From assembly GCA_963827685.1 (NCBI GenBank), contig CAWHBU010000004.1, positions 817,708 through 881,707 of the forward strand: a DNA stretch of 64,000 bases, in the 5' to 3' direction. The notes beneath the pieces are model-generated. The model did not search any database, had not been told where the DNA came from, and worked only from the letters and a program-made list of their open reading frames with translations. Both the position numbers and the translations under genes were made by a program. Source of the DNA: an uncultured delta proteobacterium. Its GTDB lineage: Bacteria; Desulfobacterota; BSN033; UBA1163. Each line of letters opens with the position of its first letter. The first letter of the stretch is position 1. Of this stretch, positions 48,183 to 57,707 are shown one piece after another.

Positions 48183-49517
48183 TCAGGATTGGGCCATCTC
48201 CCTGCCGACTTTTCGGGCGGCTTTGATGATTTTTTCAATGTCCTCATCAGAGTGAGCTATGGAGAGAGCCCCTCCCCCATGCATCACGTGAATCCCTTTT
48301 GTGAGCATTCTGACTCGAAACTCAATTTCTCTCTTCTCTATATCGGTAAAACGGTGAATCGAATGGGGAGAATTCAGCGTCACCCCTCTTTCAAAAGGGA
48401 AATGGATTTGGAAGAGAGAACCGATTCCTGTGACGACAGCATTCAATCCCTCTTGATCAAGAGCTTTCTGAACCCCCTTTCGAACTTTCTCTCCTTTCGA
48501 TTCTAAAAAAGGATAGACCTCTTTTCGATGATCTTTTAAATAGCGGAGCATCGCCAATCCTGCAACGGCTGTCAATGGATGGGCAGAAAAGGTACCACCG
48601 CCGATCAGGATTCTTTCCCATTTCTCTCTCTTCTTTTCAGGTGAAGTTTTTTCCAGTATCTCTCTCTTCCCTACCAGGGCACCGATGGGTAATCCTCCGC
48701 CTGCAATTTTTCCTATAGTGGTCAGGTCTGGGGCGACGCGAAATCTCTCCTGAGCACCCCCTAAGGCGACTCGAAAACAGGAAATCACCTCGTCAAAAAT
48801 CAGAAGGGCTCCCAGCTTTTCAGTTTCGGATCGAAGCATCTGGAGGTATTCTTTCGTAGCTGGGGTGAAACCTCCTTCGCCAATGATTGGCTCAAGAATG
48901 ATTCCTGCCAAATCCTTTTTGTTTTGATGAATGACCTCGAGTGAACCGGAAAGGTCATTAAAGAGAATCACCCTTGTGTATTCCTGCAGTTCGGGCAATA
49001 AACCAAGGCTCTCCTCTCTCTCATAAGGCATTTTAATACCAAGGGAGAGATCAGGATTAGCGCCATGCCAGCCCCCAGCGATCTTTAAGATGGTTTTTTT
49101 ACCCGTGGAACCGCGGGCTAGCCTGACCGCATACATCGTTGCTTCTGTTCCAGAACAGCAGAATCGAACCATTTCTGCAGTGGGAACTAATTCTCGAATC
49201 AGTTCTGCCCATTCAATTTGCTTTTTATATAGGGCACCCCAGTGAATTCCTTCTTTTAATTGTTTTTCGATGGCTTGAACCACAACCCGTGGGCGGTGGC
49301 CCAGGATGTGGGTGTAGTTACCCATCCAGAGGTCCACATATTCGTTTCCGTCCACATCCCAGATTTTGGAACCCTTTGTTTTTTTGATAAAGAAAGGATA
49401 CGGTGGGAAAAAGTGAATATTATGCGAGATTCCTCCAGGCATCACCTCCTTGGCTCTTTTGAAGAGGTTTTCTGAAAGGGGTGTTTTCAGTCGGTAAGCA
49501 TCAAAAAAATGTTTCAT
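48183..49517 (-). CDS. Class III PLP aminotransferase, glutamate-1-semialdehyde aminomutase-like
   Basis: MPGG, WDVDGNEYVD, SGTEATMYAVRLAR, IFDEV, GKIAGGGLP, GTFSAHP. Confidence 0.82.
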   Translation of the reverse strand: MKHFFDAYRLKTPLSENLFKRAKEVMPGGISHNIHFFPPYPFFIKKTKGSKIWDVDGNEYVDLWMGNYTHILGHRPRVVVQAIEKQLKEGIHWGALYKKQIEWAELIRELVPTAEMVRFCCSGTEATMYAVRLARGSTGKKTILKIAGGWHGANPDLSLGIKMPYEREESLGLLPELQEYTRVILFNDLSGSLEVIHQNKKDLAGIILEPIIGEGGFTPATKEYLQMLRSETEKLGALLIFDEVISCFRVALGGAQERFRVAPDLTTIGKIAGGGLPIGALVGKREILEKTSPEKKREKWERILIGGGTFSAHPLTAVAGLAMLRYLKDHRKEVYPFLESKGEKVRKGVQKALDQEGLNAVVTGIGSLFQIHFPFERGVTLNSPHSIHRFTDIEKREIEFRVRMLTKGIHVMHGGGALSIAHSDEDIEKIIKAARKVGREMAQS

Positions 49518-50031
49518 GTATTTAACTCCTGAGGGGTCAAATTTTTAATAGCATATTTTTCATCAAATGAAAATGGTATTCTATCGATGGAAAGACGGTT
49601 TCAGGTCAACTTCTCAAAATAGCCCTATTTCTATGACCGGAGAACTCGGGGAAAAATTCTTGGAGACATATTGATTCACTCAAAGGTGAATTCCCTGGCT
49701 CGTTCGATCACCCTCTATCATCATCAAAATCGATGCCATTCACCGAGTGATCCCGTCAATGGCTGGACCGTGACGGACAAGATAATCCAGAACCGTCCGT
49801 TCTTGTTCCGGAGTGACTTTACCGAGAATATCCAATCTTCCCATGGCCAAAGCAACTCCTACCCAGCAAGGCGTAGCCTCCCCAGTTTGAAATTCCGCTC
49901 GTCGTTCGTCACAAATACAAAGGCTAACGTTGATGTCAAGGTTGATAAGAAAAGGACGGTTTTAACCTGAACTTAAGACTTTGAAATGGTCAATTTTCTG
50001 GTGTGAAAGAATGATCTGTTTTTAGGGCTTT

Positions 50032-50514
50032 TTAACTATTTTTTAGGACTCTCTCTAATTCATCCAGAAGATCTTTAAGATCGTCGTCTACAGCCTTTTC
50101 ACGCTTCATTCGCTTCAGGACTTCAGCGTCATTGATCATTTTGTTCAATCTAACGGCAAACTCATCAAGGGTGAACGGCTTTCTTAAAAATTCTCGGGCC
50201 CCAACAGAAATCACCGTCCCTTCGGAATATTCCTCGTCAAACGCCGTCATGACCATTATGGGAAGTCCGGGGTATTGTCTTGAAATCTCACCTGTAAGAG
50301 TAATTCCATCCATGTTGGGCAATTTGATATCTGTGATGACAGCATCAATCTTATTTTTCTTGATCTTATCCAGAGCATCCACTCCATCCACTGCTGTTAA
50401 ACACGAGTGTCCCAGTTTGGATAAATAGGAGACGACTAAGTATCTCATTAATTCTTCATCATCAACCACAAGAATGGTGTATTTGGCAGATTCCATTCTT
50501 TGATTTTTTGTCAT
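50032..50514 (-). CDS. Single-domain response regulator
   Basis: VVDDE, ITDIKLPNMDG, MTA, FLRKPF. Confidence 0.88.
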   Translation of the reverse strand: MTKNQRMESAKYTILVVDDEELMRYLVVSYLSKLGHSCLTAVDGVDALDKIKKNKIDAVITDIKLPNMDGITLTGEISRQYPGLPIMVMTAFDEEYSEGTVISVGAREFLRKPFTLDEFAVRLNKMINDAEVLKRMKREKAVDDDLKDLLDELERVLKNS

Positions 50515-50676
50515 GGAAGAAACTCCATCTTAATACTTCGGACTATTCTAATCGACCCTGAATGACGAAGTCAACAAGCATTTAAGGACGATTGAATTCT
50601 AAATTTTGGTATTTGGGATTGTCATTTAAGAAAGGGCAAGGCCGCGAGCTTCAAGAAAGGATTTTATTCAGGATGA

Positions 50677-51333
50677 TTATGTGAGAGATGTCTGATGGGA
50701 ACCGTAATCGCACCATTTTCGAATGGGACATGTTTCGCAGAGCGGTCTTCTTGCCACGCAGGTTCTTCTGCCATGCCAGACGAGAAGGTTTGAGAAATGG
50801 GTCCACTCTTCTTTGGGAACGATTTCCATCAGATCGAACTCAATCTTGACGGGATCATCGTTCTTTGTCAGACCAATTCTTTGGCTCACTCTGCTCACAT
50901 GGGTATCCACCACAATGCCAGGGATTCCAAAAGTATTTCCTAAGATGACATTCGCTGTTTTTCTTCCCACCCCAGGGAGGGTTATCAGTTCCTCAAGAGT
51001 TCTTGGGACATCTCCCTCAAATCGTTTCAGCAGTTCCTGACAGCATTTCTGAATCGACTTAGCTTTATTTCGATAGAATCCGGTTGGCCGAATCTCTTCC
51101 TCCAATTGCGTCAAATTTGACTGAGCATAATCCTTAGCCGAACGATACTTCTTGAAGAGATCCGCTGTGACCTGATTCACCTTGACATCCGTGCATTGGG
51201 CAGAGAGAATGGTGGCGATTAGAAGCTCGAGGGGATTGAAAAAATTCAGAGCGATTCTGGAATCGGGAATCTCCTTGGATAAAATTTTAATGATCTCGTT
51301 CACTCTTTTTCTTAAATCCTCTTGCTTTTTCAT
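50677..51333 (-). CDS. nth: Endonuclease III
   Basis: LLIATILSAQCTD, LPGVGRKTAN, VDTHV, C..RRPLC..CP....C. Confidence 0.95.
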   Translation of the reverse strand: MKKQEDLRKRVNEIIKILSKEIPDSRIALNFFNPLELLIATILSAQCTDVKVNQVTADLFKKYRSAKDYAQSNLTQLEEEIRPTGFYRNKAKSIQKCCQELLKRFEGDVPRTLEELITLPGVGRKTANVILGNTFGIPGIVVDTHVSRVSQRIGLTKNDDPVKIEFDLMEIVPKEEWTHFSNLLVWHGRRTCVARRPLCETCPIRKWCDYGSHQTSLT

Positions 51334-51346
51334 AGCCCCTCCTGTT

Positions 51347-51408
51347 TAACGATGGACCTTGAACTATGAACGATGAACCTTAAACGATGGACAATAAACA
51401 ATGAACTT
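51347..51408. repeat. 7-bp degenerate tandem repeat (AACGATG type)
   Basis: aacgatg-gaccttg-aactatg-aacgatg-aacctta-aacgatg-gacaata-aacaatg. Confidence 0.65.
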
Positions 51409-53143
51409 AAGAAGGTTTCCTCCTCTCCAAAAAGGCCTTCATCCCTCCAAAATCCATGGCATTAAGGATGTCTCCGGGCTCCAGCCATCCCTTTCGTCCA
51501 ATTCCCACTCCGTAATAAGTATCCTTCAATCCCTCCTCATCATGGGCATCGGGATTAATAGCAATTTTGACCCCTTTCTCTTTAGCATATTTGCACAATC
51601 TCCAATCCATGTCCAATCGATAGGGATGGGCATTGAGTTCAATGGCCACGCCTGATCGGCTTGCCTCGTCAATGATGCGCATCATATCAATGGCGTAAGG
51701 TTCTCTGGCCAAGAGAAGCCGGCCGGTTGGATGGGCCAGTATAGTCGTATTGGGATTCCTGATGGCTTTGATCACTCTTTGAGTCATTTCTTCCTGGGAC
51801 ATATTGAAGTGGGAATGAACCGAGGCGATGACAAAGTCGAACTTCTTGAGAATCGCTTCTTCGTAATCCAATGATCCATCAGGAAGAATGTCAGATTCGA
51901 TCCCTTTAAAAATATGGAGGCCATCCATTTCCTGATTGAGCTGATCTATCTCTTTCCATTGTTTCTTGAGTGTTTCAAGTGTGAGCCCCCCTGCGTAACG
52001 GGCAGATTGGCTGTGGTCGGAGAGACCGATATAGGAAAACCCCATTTTTCTCGATGCCTCGGCCATGCTTCGAATGGAGTTTGTCCCGTCACTATAGGAA
52101 GAGTGGACATGAAAGATTCCTTTGATATCGTGCTCCTCGGTCAGTCGCGGGAGCTGATGTATCTCAGAGGCCTCAATCTCTCCTTGATTCTCCCTTAACT
52201 CCGGTGGGATGAGGTCAAGGTCCAACGCATTGAAGATTTCCTCTTCATCTTTGGAAGAAATGAGTCTTCCATTCCGATGAAGACCTTCTTCACTCAGTTT
52301 CAAACCCATGACTTTCGCCCTTTCAAGTACGGCATTCCAATGAGCAACGCTTCCGGTGAAGCAGAAGAGAGAATTGGGGAACGTCTGATCCGGAGCGGTC
52401 CGGAGATCGACCTCCACTCCTGATAGAAGGAGGTAGCGGCCGCTGGCTTTGTCTTTAAATCGGATAGCTTCCACTTCGGGAAGCCTGGAAAAGGCGGTCA
52501 AGACCTCTTGCGGGCGATGTGTGTTCAGCACGAGGTTGATATTTCTCACCACTTCCATCTTTCTTCTCAAGGAGCCGGTGAGATTTCCCCGAATGACTTT
52601 GGGATGGGAAAGGATCTTTTTAAGGATTTCCTGGGCGGGTTTGATCACTTCTCCATAAAGATATTGACCTTGGTATTTTTTGACCTGTTGTATGCCCTGA
52701 AGAATCTTCTCCTGGGATTTTTGTCCGAACCCCTGAAGATCAACCAATCGATTTTCGAGACAGGCATATTCCAATTCACCAACGGCTTTAACAGCGAGCT
52801 TGTCATAAAGAGCTTTGATCTTCTTGGGCCCAAGGCCGGGAATTTTAAGCATCTCCAGATGGCCTGGTGGGATCGAGTCCTTTAGATCTTCATAAAGTTG
52901 GAGTCGACCCGTGGTGACCAGTTCAGCGATGTGTTGCGATAACGCCTCACCGATTCCTTTCAATTCTTTGAGACGGCCTTCTCGAACCATTACCGCCAGG
53001 TCTTCTTCTAAAATCTCAATCGTTCTCGCTGCATGAGAATAGGCCTTCACCTTGAAAGGGTTTTCGCCTTTCAACTCTAAGAGCAAAGCCACCTCTTGCA
53101 GAACGGTGCCTACCCTTTTGTTATCTAATACCTGCTTCACCAT
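51407..53143 (-). CDS. polX: PolX-PHP protein with altered polymerase active site
   Basis: GENPFK, IPGLGPKK, GSLRR..VVRNINL (canonical DxD), IPPELRE; PHP motifs HVHS, SDHS, AHP, DAH intact. Confidence 0.9.
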   Translation of the reverse strand: MVKQVLDNKRVGTVLQEVALLLELKGENPFKVKAYSHAARTIEILEEDLAVMVREGRLKELKGIGEALSQHIAELVTTGRLQLYEDLKDSIPPGHLEMLKIPGLGPKKIKALYDKLAVKAVGELEYACLENRLVDLQGFGQKSQEKILQGIQQVKKYQGQYLYGEVIKPAQEILKKILSHPKVIRGNLTGSLRRKMEVVRNINLVLNTHRPQEVLTAFSRLPEVEAIRFKDKASGRYLLLSGVEVDLRTAPDQTFPNSLFCFTGSVAHWNAVLERAKVMGLKLSEEGLHRNGRLISSKDEEEIFNALDLDLIPPELRENQGEIEASEIHQLPRLTEEHDIKGIFHVHSSYSDGTNSIRSMAEASRKMGFSYIGLSDHSQSARYAGGLTLETLKKQWKEIDQLNQEMDGLHIFKGIESDILPDGSLDYEEAILKKFDFVIASVHSHFNMSQEEMTQRVIKAIRNPNTTILAHPTGRLLLAREPYAIDMMRIIDEASRSGVAIELNAHPYRLDMDWRLCKYAKEKGVKIAINPDAHDEEGLKDTYYGVGIGRKGWLEPGDILNAMDFGGMKAFLERRKPS

Positions 53144-53364
53144 GCAAAAATTTTAACCGGAATCTCTTGAAATAGACAATAAGAAAATGGTCTTCAATCT
53201 CCCCGCCTCCCTATCCTCTTATTACCCTATCTCCCTATCGCTCGCATCAGGATGGGACAAGTTCAGCGTTATGGGGACAAAAAATGTCAACTCTCATCCC
53301 CAAACTCGGATGGTCTTTAAAAAAATCTTTTTAATTACGATGAGTTAAATGAAGACGTCTATTT

Positions 53365-53379
53365 TGGTATAGAAAATGC
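53365..53379 (+). promoter_or_regulatory. Putative sigma54 promoter
   Basis: TGGTAT-AGAAA-ATGC (GG-N10-GC) upstream of the HTH gene; GGGACAA direct repeats ~90-110 bp upstream. Confidence 0.55.
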
Positions 53380-53419
53380 TATCAATGAGTGTAAAGTCCA
53401 ATAGAAAAGGTGGAAAACC

Positions 53420-53617
53420 ATGATAAGAGATAACGAAGACACTGTCCTAACGACTCGGGAGGCCTGCCACTACCTTCGGATCTCAAGACCTACTTATCTG
53501 AAGTACCTCTACTTAGGGAGGATTAAAGGAACGAAGGCGGGAAAAGGCTGGAAGGTTCTCAAATCAGAGTTGGATCGATTTCTAAAAGGAGAGAATGAAC
53601 ATCCGCAGGCAGCGTGA
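53420..53617 (+). CDS. Excisionase-like helix-turn-helix (HTH_17) protein
   Basis: VLTTREACHYLRISRPT...GRIKGTKAGKGWKV..SELDRFL. Confidence 0.85.
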   Translation: MIRDNEDTVLTTREACHYLRISRPTYLKYLYLGRIKGTKAGKGWKVLKSELDRFLKGENEHPQAA

Positions 53618-53655
53618 ATCTGCCAGAGTGGAGAGCAGATTAGAGGAGAAGTCGG

Positions 53656-55305
53656 GTGAAAAGTTTAGAAGAAAAAATGGATATGTCAGAAGAGAAGGTC
53701 ATTGAGGAGAAAGTAAAGTCGACCAAGGCGTTGATTCAAACTTTTCTTCAGACCCTGAAAGCCTTTCGACTCTATGAGGCCAGTCATCCTATTCTATCCA
53801 AATTTGTAGAGAGACTGAGGAAGGACTTTGAACAATATTTTGCTGAATTTGATTCTTTCTCCCTCCAGATCGGGGAGCACCGGCTCCATTACCGGGGAAA
53901 TGTTGTCTATGAAAATGAGGACGTAAAGGAAAGTTTAGCTTTTGTCTTTTTTAAGGACGGGATCCGGGAACTCCAATTTTCAAAAGGTTTGGAATTCAAG
54001 GAGATGATGGATTTTCTCAACATTGTGAGAAAAAGTGACTTCCTTAATCGCATGGAGGATGACCTCGTCACCCTGCTCTGGGAAAAAGATTTTTCTCACA
54101 TCACCTTTACCACCGTGGACGAATTCTTAGAGGGAAGTGGCACCTTTGTTCCTGCCACGGAGGAAGATTTGATAAAGGGATCAGAGTTCGCAGGAACCCT
54201 GGAGGAGGGGGTTCAAGAGAAGGCGGATGAAGAGCAGGCTGAAAGCGCTCAGGTCCCCATGAGAGAAGGGTTGGAACAGGTGATCAACCCCGCTCCAGGT
54301 CAATCCTTGGTTCAGGCCTGTCAACTCACTCCGGAGGAGAGTGAGGTGATCGATCGGGATGCGCGACAAGAGGAACAGGCAGACTATATCTATGTCTTGA
54401 TTGACAACCTGATCGAAATCTTGCTCCATCTCGGTGAGGACGTGGACGCCTATGAAAATATGATTTCCTACTTCGATCGGGTCATCGAATACCTCCTTGA
54501 ACAAAAAGAAATGGGAAAGGCGGTCGCACTCTTGAAGAGCCTTAACGAAACCATGGAATCCATCATGATGAAGGACAAGCAGATTTTTGCCATTCAACGC
54601 ATTCTCGAGAACTCCTCCAGCCCCCATTCCGTTGAACTTTTGGGAAAGGCAATGAAGGGAGACGGAGAGGTCAAATCAGAACCAATCCTCCAATATTTTC
54701 AATTCCTCACGAAGCAGGCCGTTGAGCCTCTCTGTCTTTTGTTGGGCGAGTTAGAGTCCGGAAAGTGGCGAAAGGCGATCTGCGACCAATTGGCCGAACT
54801 ATCTCGAGGGGAGATACAACTGCTGAGTAAATTCCTATCGGATCGCAATCCCATCTTGGTCTGCCAAATTCTCAACATCCTTGGGAAGATCGGTGATCCC
54901 TCTACGGTGAAATATTTAGGAAATTTAGTGACCCACAGGGATTTGAAAGTGAGAGAGGAGACCCTTCAGGTTCTCGATAAATTTGGGGAAAAAGGGGAGG
55001 ACCTGATTCGAAAATATTTACTGGATCCTATATCTGGAATCAGAGCAAAGGCGGCACTGCTTTTAGCGAGGCATACCAAAGGTTTGGCGGTGGAGCCGCT
55101 TACAGAGATCATCCTCTCTGAGGATTTTTACAAACGGGACTATAAAGAAAAGGCCTCTTTCTTCAGGGCACTGGGCGAGACAAAGTCGGAAGAGGTGATC
55201 CCGATCTTAAAGAGGATTGCGAAGAAAAGGAGATGGTTCCAAAGGGAAAAATGGAATGAGATGAGACAATGCGCCGCCAATACATTGAAAATGATGGGCG
55301 CTTAG
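53656..55305 (+). CDS. HEAT-repeat protein with uncharacterised N-terminal domain
   Basis: C-terminal HEAT-like repeats (LSDRNPILV..ILNILGKI, HRDLKVREETL, DPISGIRAKAA, RALGE). Confidence 0.78.
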   Translation: MKSLEEKMDMSEEKVIEEKVKSTKALIQTFLQTLKAFRLYEASHPILSKFVERLRKDFEQYFAEFDSFSLQIGEHRLHYRGNVVYENEDVKESLAFVFFKDGIRELQFSKGLEFKEMMDFLNIVRKSDFLNRMEDDLVTLLWEKDFSHITFTTVDEFLEGSGTFVPATEEDLIKGSEFAGTLEEGVQEKADEEQAESAQVPMREGLEQVINPAPGQSLVQACQLTPEESEVIDRDARQEEQADYIYVLIDNLIEILLHLGEDVDAYENMISYFDRVIEYLLEQKEMGKAVALLKSLNETMESIMMKDKQIFAIQRILENSSSPHSVELLGKAMKGDGEVKSEPILQYFQFLTKQAVEPLCLLLGELESGKWRKAICDQLAELSRGEIQLLSKFLSDRNPILVCQILNILGKIGDPSTVKYLGNLVTHRDLKVREETLQVLDKFGEKGEDLIRKYLLDPISGIRAKAALLLARHTKGLAVEPLTEIILSEDFYKRDYKEKASFFRALGETKSEEVIPILKRIAKKRRWFQREKWNEMRQCAANTLKMMGA

Positions 55306-55312
55306 CCAAGAT

Positions 55313-55397
55313 GCAGAAGGCAGGAGGCAGACAGCAGATGGCAGGAAGCAGAAAGCTGAAAGCTCAAAGCTCAAAGCTCAAAGCTCAAAGCTCAAAG
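55313..55397 (+). repeat. 7-bp tandem array (GCAGNNN grading into AAAGCTC)
   Basis: gcagaag-gcaggag-gcagaca-gcagatg-gcaggaa then gaaagct x2 and caaagct x4. Confidence 0.8.
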
Positions 55398-55419
55398 AAT
55401 GATTGGTCATAAAGGAGAC

Positions 55420-56907
55420 ATGATGGATATTGCACAATCGACGAGCCAACCCAAAAAGGTGAGCCCAAAGTCCTCCAGTGGCATGGACTCCGAACTTTCG
55501 AAATTGGGGAACAATCTCGTCACCAAATTTCATGTGCTGATGAGGATCACCCAAATTTATGATTCTAAAAATGTGGCCCTCAATCAGTTTGTCACGGAAT
55601 TCCTCGAAACCATTAACGCACTGATCAACAGGGAAGGGGTCCTTTCCCTCAAAATCGTCAGGAATGACTTCTTCCTCAACGACCAACCGTTGCGTTATTC
55701 GGTGGAAGGGTTTACCAGTTTCAAATATCTTCTGACCCAATGGAAGAAACGGTTGATCGGTGAAGTGAGTTTCAAAACGCTGGTGGAAGAAGAGATGTTG
55801 AGGTATTTCATCTATGCCTTCATCAACTTGGAAGAAGGTCGTGAAGAGAATACGGATCTCCTCAAGAAACAGTTGGAAAGCCACCATATCACTTCGATCG
55901 AGGCAAATCCTTTGGAGGTCGTAGAGGGTGAGGAGGAAGCCTTTACCATCCAGAAGGAAGATCAACGGGAGGTGGGCAAGAAAATATTTTTTGAGACCAT
56001 CGGGACGATCAAAGAAGTGATTACCAATATCAAAGGAAATCAGTATGCCGATGTCAGGAAGTTGAAGAGGTTGGCCCAGAAAGCAATCCATCTCGTCATC
56101 GAGGACGAATCCATCCTCCTGGGAATGACGATGATCAAAAATTACGATGAATATACTTTTAACCATTCTGTCAATGTCTCGATCTATGCCCTGGCCACAG
56201 GAAAACGATTGGGATTTTCCAAGAAGACCTTGGCGGAGTTAGGGATTACGGCGCTGCTCCATGATATCGGAAAGTCGAAGATTCCGAGAGAGATCTTAAA
56301 TAAACCTGCCGCCCTCGATGATGAGGAATGGGAGATGATGAAAAAGCATCCTTTGACGGGAGTGGAGATTGTTCTCAATCTGAAGCAATTAGGGGAGATT
56401 AATCCCAGGATGGTGGTCGGTATCTTTGACCACCACCTGACGAGTGATCTTTCAGGATACCCGAAACTCTATCGGAAAAAAGAGGTGAGCCTTTTCGGAA
56501 GGATCATTCAGATTGCGGATGCTTATGATGCGATGACGACGCCCCGGATTTATAAGAAAATTCCCTTTACGCCGGAGCAAGCGCTCGCCGTCATGCTGCG
56601 AGAGAAGACCATCCATTTTGACCCCCTTCTCCTTAAGATCTTCATCGGCCTTGTGGGAATCTATCCTATTGGGTCCTTGGTCCTCCTCAATACGCGCGAA
56701 ATAGGGATTGTTTATAAATCCAACAGCGATGCCAGATGGTTGGATCGTCCCACTGTCCTCGTGGTCGATCGAGATGAAAAAGGGGATCCCGTGAAAGAGA
56801 TGGTTGATCTTACTGAAACGGATGGGGGAGGAAGTTACAAACGAAGCATCGTCAAAACATTGGACCCATATAAATACCACATCGACATCGCCAAGTATTT
56901 TTTATAA
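55420..56907 (+). CDS. HD-GYP domain phosphodiesterase
   Basis: DEYTFNHSVNV, LLHDIGK, KKHP, DHH...SGYP, IADAYDAMT..R.Y; start after an AAGGAG RBS. Confidence 0.88.
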   Translation: MMDIAQSTSQPKKVSPKSSSGMDSELSKLGNNLVTKFHVLMRITQIYDSKNVALNQFVTEFLETINALINREGVLSLKIVRNDFFLNDQPLRYSVEGFTSFKYLLTQWKKRLIGEVSFKTLVEEEMLRYFIYAFINLEEGREENTDLLKKQLESHHITSIEANPLEVVEGEEEAFTIQKEDQREVGKKIFFETIGTIKEVITNIKGNQYADVRKLKRLAQKAIHLVIEDESILLGMTMIKNYDEYTFNHSVNVSIYALATGKRLGFSKKTLAELGITALLHDIGKSKIPREILNKPAALDDEEWEMMKKHPLTGVEIVLNLKQLGEINPRMVVGIFDHHLTSDLSGYPKLYRKKEVSLFGRIIQIADAYDAMTTPRIYKKIPFTPEQALAVMLREKTIHFDPLLLKIFIGLVGIYPIGSLVLLNTREIGIVYKSNSDARWLDRPTVLVVDRDEKGDPVKEMVDLTETDGGGSYKRSIVKTLDPYKYHIDIAKYFL

Positions 56908-56980
56908 AAAATCGGTAATGGGTCAGTTTGAATTATGAACGGTATGAGAATTTATGAGAAATAAATGATGACGATTTTGC

Positions 56981-57009
56981 TTGACAAAAAAAATTGAATT
57001 ATTTATATT
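56981..57009 (+). promoter_or_regulatory. Near-consensus sigma70 promoter of the NYN cassette
   Basis: TTGACA(56981-86)-N17-TATATT(57004-09). Confidence 0.75.
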
Positions 57010-57015
57010 TTTATT

Positions 57016-57077
57016 AATCATCCCCCTGGTGACCTCGTGTCCCAGGGCCCCGGGTACCCAGTGGTCCCGGGTTTTTT
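57016..57077 (+). ncRNA. Candidate small structured RNA/leader: two iso-structural bulged hairpins ending in a U-tract
   Basis: CCCUGG-U-GAC-CUCGU-GUC-CCAGGG (57024-47), CCCGGG-U-ACC-CAGU-GGU-CCCGGG (57049-71), then UUUUUU. Confidence 0.55.
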
Positions 57078-57089
57078 ATTTTGGAGATT

Positions 57090-57707
57090 ATGAAAAAGGT
57101 CGTGATCCTCATCGATGGGTTTAATGTATATCACGCTCTTCAAAAAGATGAAAATCTTCATAAATACAAATGGTTAGATTACTGTAAATTGGCAAAATGC
57201 TTTGTTCCTTCCAAAGATAAGATTGTAGATGTTTATTACTTCACAGCTTTTGCTCATTGGAATCAGCGGAAAATGGCCAAACACAAAATTTATCTAAAAG
57301 CTTTAACAATGGCTGGGGTTAAAGCCGTATTTGGAAAATTTAAGGATAAAGACCATAGATGTAGAATTTGTGGTGAAGGATATTCAACATTCGAAGAAAA
57401 ACAAACCGATGTGAACATCGCTATAACCCTCTTCCGTCTTGCCATTTCAAATGATTTTGATACGGCAATTTTGATTACTGGGGATACTGACCTTGTTCCA
57501 GCTGTAGAAGCGATTAGAAGAACTTTCCCGGATAAACAAATAGGAGTTGTAGTGCCAATAGGAAGAAAGGCAAAGGAATTAATAGATGTTTGCGATTTTC
57601 ACATGAAAATGAAGGAAAAACATCTCAGAACGAGTCAGTTCCCGGACACTATCGTATTGGACCCGCAAAAAAATATTGTTTTGCAAAAACCATCTAACTG
57701 GACTTAG
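57090..57707 (+). CDS. NYN domain (LabA/DUF88, PIN-like) putative RNase
   Basis: ILIDGFNVYH, CRIC, EEKQTDVNIA, ITGDTDLVPAV; AT-rich (18/60 GC in line 57181). Confidence 0.88.
   Translation: MKKVVILIDGFNVYHALQKDENLHKYKWLDYCKLAKCFVPSKDKIVDVYYFTAFAHWNQRKMAKHKIYLKALTMAGVKAVFGKFKDKDHRCRICGEGYSTFEEKQTDVNIAITLFRLAISNDFDTAILITGDTDLVPAVEAIRRTFPDKQIGVVVPIGRKAKELIDVCDFHMKMKEKHLRTSQFPDTIVLDPQKNIVLQKPSNWT

Noticed and set aside
49600-49844. Minus-strand 34-codon ORF (MGRLDILGKVTPEQERTVLDYL...) followed by several in-frame TGA codons, considered as a selenoprotein
   Set aside because: No Cys-motif context, no recognisable family and no clear SECIS; at most an unverified small ORF.
53420-53617. Excisionase-like HTH (with the GemA-like gene at 34619) as evidence of a prophage
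   Set aside because: No integrase, structural or replication phage genes nearby; both sit among housekeeping or signalling genes.
55313-55397. Regular repeats as a possible CRISPR array
   Set aside because: 7-bp tandem units without unique spacers. No 23-47 bp repeat-spacer structure was seen in the window, and no cas genes apart from a generic PD-(D/E)XK nuclease.
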